NCBI RefSeq assembly: GCF_964213995.1
Contig: NC_135812.1
Location: forward strand, 103,044,001-103,108,000
Origin: Mustelus asterias
Lineage: Eukaryota
Direction: 5' to 3'
DNA: 64,000 nucleotides
A model generated the notes under the pieces. That model saw only the letters and a list, made by a program, of their open reading frames with translations. It searched no databases and had not been told where the DNA came from. The position numbers and the translations under genes were made by a program. How positions within the stretch are numbered: position 1 is the first letter of the stretch; every line of letters starts with the position of its first letter. This document shows positions 61,848 to 64,000 of the stretch, one piece after another.

Positions 61848-63751
61848 GTGAGAATGTTGTTTACTACTTCACGTCCCCATCGCGTAGCAATATAGTTCTC
61901 CGCCCCATTTTTTTGAGTAGTATACCAAATTTTGTTTCAAATTCAGTTTGCAAAGAACTATAATTGTTTTGTAAACAAAAATAATTGCAGATGATAAATC
62001 TGAAACAAAATGCATTTGCCGAGAAAATATTTTATTTTTGGACCCATCAAGGGTCTGACACCAGTGCTGTCTATTTGAAAGAGCTAATCACTTTAGTCGA
62101 ATGTTGCAGCTTTTTTTTCCCTCATAACCTCTTCAAGTATATATCCAGTTGCCTATTGATAGTTGCTGTGGAATCCGATGACTCCACCCTTTTCCAAGTA
62201 GTGCTTTCTAAATCTTATCACCTGTAGGCAAAATCAAAATTCCACATTTCCTCTCTCCTAATTATTTTGAATCTATGATCTCTGGTCACTGACATACCTG
62301 CCAGAGCAAGTAATTTATGCTGATTAACTTTATATCAAAAGTCTGCATTATTTTCAATATCTTTATTAGATCCCACTTTTCCTCTTCAAGCAGAGAAGGT
62401 TAAAGTCCCAATTTCTCCACGTAACTGAAATCCATCATTCTGGGCAAAACTCCTCTGCACCTTTTCCAGGAAACTTGGCATCCTTTCTTTAAAGTGTGGT
62501 ACTGAAAATTGTATGCCGTATTCCAGCTGATGACTAAATAGAGATTTGTGGGCTTAGCATTACTTTTTCTTGGCTTTGTAAATAGGGAGACTGGATACAA
62601 AAACCAAGTATCCCATTTTCTTTTTAAATCACCAAGTATTTGTGTATGTACATCCCCAGAACCCTTTGTTCATGTGTTTCCCTCAAAATAATACAATTTA
62701 TGTTCGTACCTTCACCAGAATTGACGTCCCAGTTCTACTGAAAACCGAAAATTAAACTTTGGTGCTCCTGTTTTAATATTTTCACATTTGGACTTCTGAT
62801 TGTGCTAGCCTTGGTTCAGTGATGGAAATTTCTCTTCTGAGTTGGGAGGTTGTGGGCTGAAGCCCCTCTCATTGAGAGAGACCTGAGCATTAGAGCAATA
62901 TATTCTAGAGCCAACCAGGGAGTGAGCTATGTTAGACTTGGTAATATGTAATGAGACCAAATTAATTAATTACCTCATAGTAAAGGAGCAACAACAGTGA
63001 ACATAACATGGTAGAATTTCACATTCCACTTGAGGGTGAGAAAAGTTGGTCTAAGACCATTTACAAGAGTATGAATTGGCCAAGTGGATTGAGAAAATAG
63101 GCTAAAAGTTAGGACAGTAGAGAAACAGTGGCAGACATTTTTTATAGCTCTAATATATATTCCATTGAGAGATCCTTGAGGGATGCACCATCTGTGGCAA
63201 ACTAAGGAGGTTGAGGATAGTATCCAATTAAAGAAAATACATATTATGCTGCAAACATTAATGGCAAGTCAAAAGATTGAACATATATGTTGGAAACCAG
63301 CAAAGACTGACTAAAAAATGAGGGATAAATTAGAATATGACAGAAAACTAGCTGGGAATATAAAAACTCTTTTTTCTTTTTTAGAGTAACCACTATGAGC
63401 GTTGGTTCTTTTAGAGGGCAAGACTGAGGAATAAGTAATTGGGAAATGAGGAAATAGTGGAAGCAATGAAGAAGTGAATGAGTATTTTGTATCAGTCTTC
63501 ACCATGGAAGACACAAAAAGCAGCCCACAAATAATTGAAAATCCAGAAGGAACAATCATGATCACTAGATTAAAGATCCTGGGGAAACTAATGGGACCAA
63601 AGGCCGCGACGTTCTCTGGACTTAGTCTGCATCTTTAGTACAAAGTGGCTGCAGAGATGGTGGATGCATTGGTTATAATCGTCCAAATTTCCCTGGATGT
63701 CTGGAAAAGTGCCAGCAGTTTGGAAAACCACAAATGTAACAATTCTAATGA

Positions 63752-64000
63752 ACAAAGAACAGCACAGGAACAGGCCCTTCGGCCCTCCAAGTCTGTGCTG
63801 ACACAGATGCCCCCGATCTAATATTTTCTTGCCTCTACATGGTCCATATCCCTATATTTCCTGTTTCTTCATGTATCTATCCAGATGCCTCTTGAATGCC
63901 TGTTATAGAATGTGCTTCCATCACCATCTCCGGTAGCATGTTCCAGGCATTCACCACACTCTGTGGAAAAACTTGCCCCTTACATCTCTTTTAAACTTTC
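63752..64000 (-). mobile_element. CR1 LINE 3' end
   Basis: AACAAAGAACAGCACAGGAACAGGCCCTTCGGCCCTCCAAG tail, as at 56534. Confidence 0.8.

Overview
Vertebrate genomic DNA, most likely from an elasmobranch (shark), inferred from the dense HE1/V-SINE-type tRNA SINEs, CR1 LINEs and Penelope-like elements (PLEs). Three spliced genes can be rebuilt from splice sites and reading phase: TERF2IP/RAP1 (+, 3 coding exons, 2541-9920, about 427 aa), DDX5 (-, 13 coding exons, 35939-23589, about 654 aa) and the 5' part of CEP95 (+, from 36746, head-to-head with DDX5). The rest is mostly transposable elements. The most unusual signals are: (1) a ~225-bp fold-back PLE mini-element at 4508-4732 with 24 same-strand A-to-G changes on both arms, which looks like an ADAR-hyperedited double-stranded RNA that was reverse-transcribed back into the genome; (2) a family of short PLE-derived insertions with minimal hammerhead-ribozyme motifs showing compensatory changes; (3) DDX5 intron 11, which has no recognisable TE and carries several hairpins or long-range pairings over splice signals plus a candidate poison exon; (4) TERF2IP next to DDX5 instead of its mammalian neighbour KARS1. 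All alignments were done by eye. Comparisons to human sequences are from memory and need checking. TE boundaries without a target-site duplication (TSD) are approximate.
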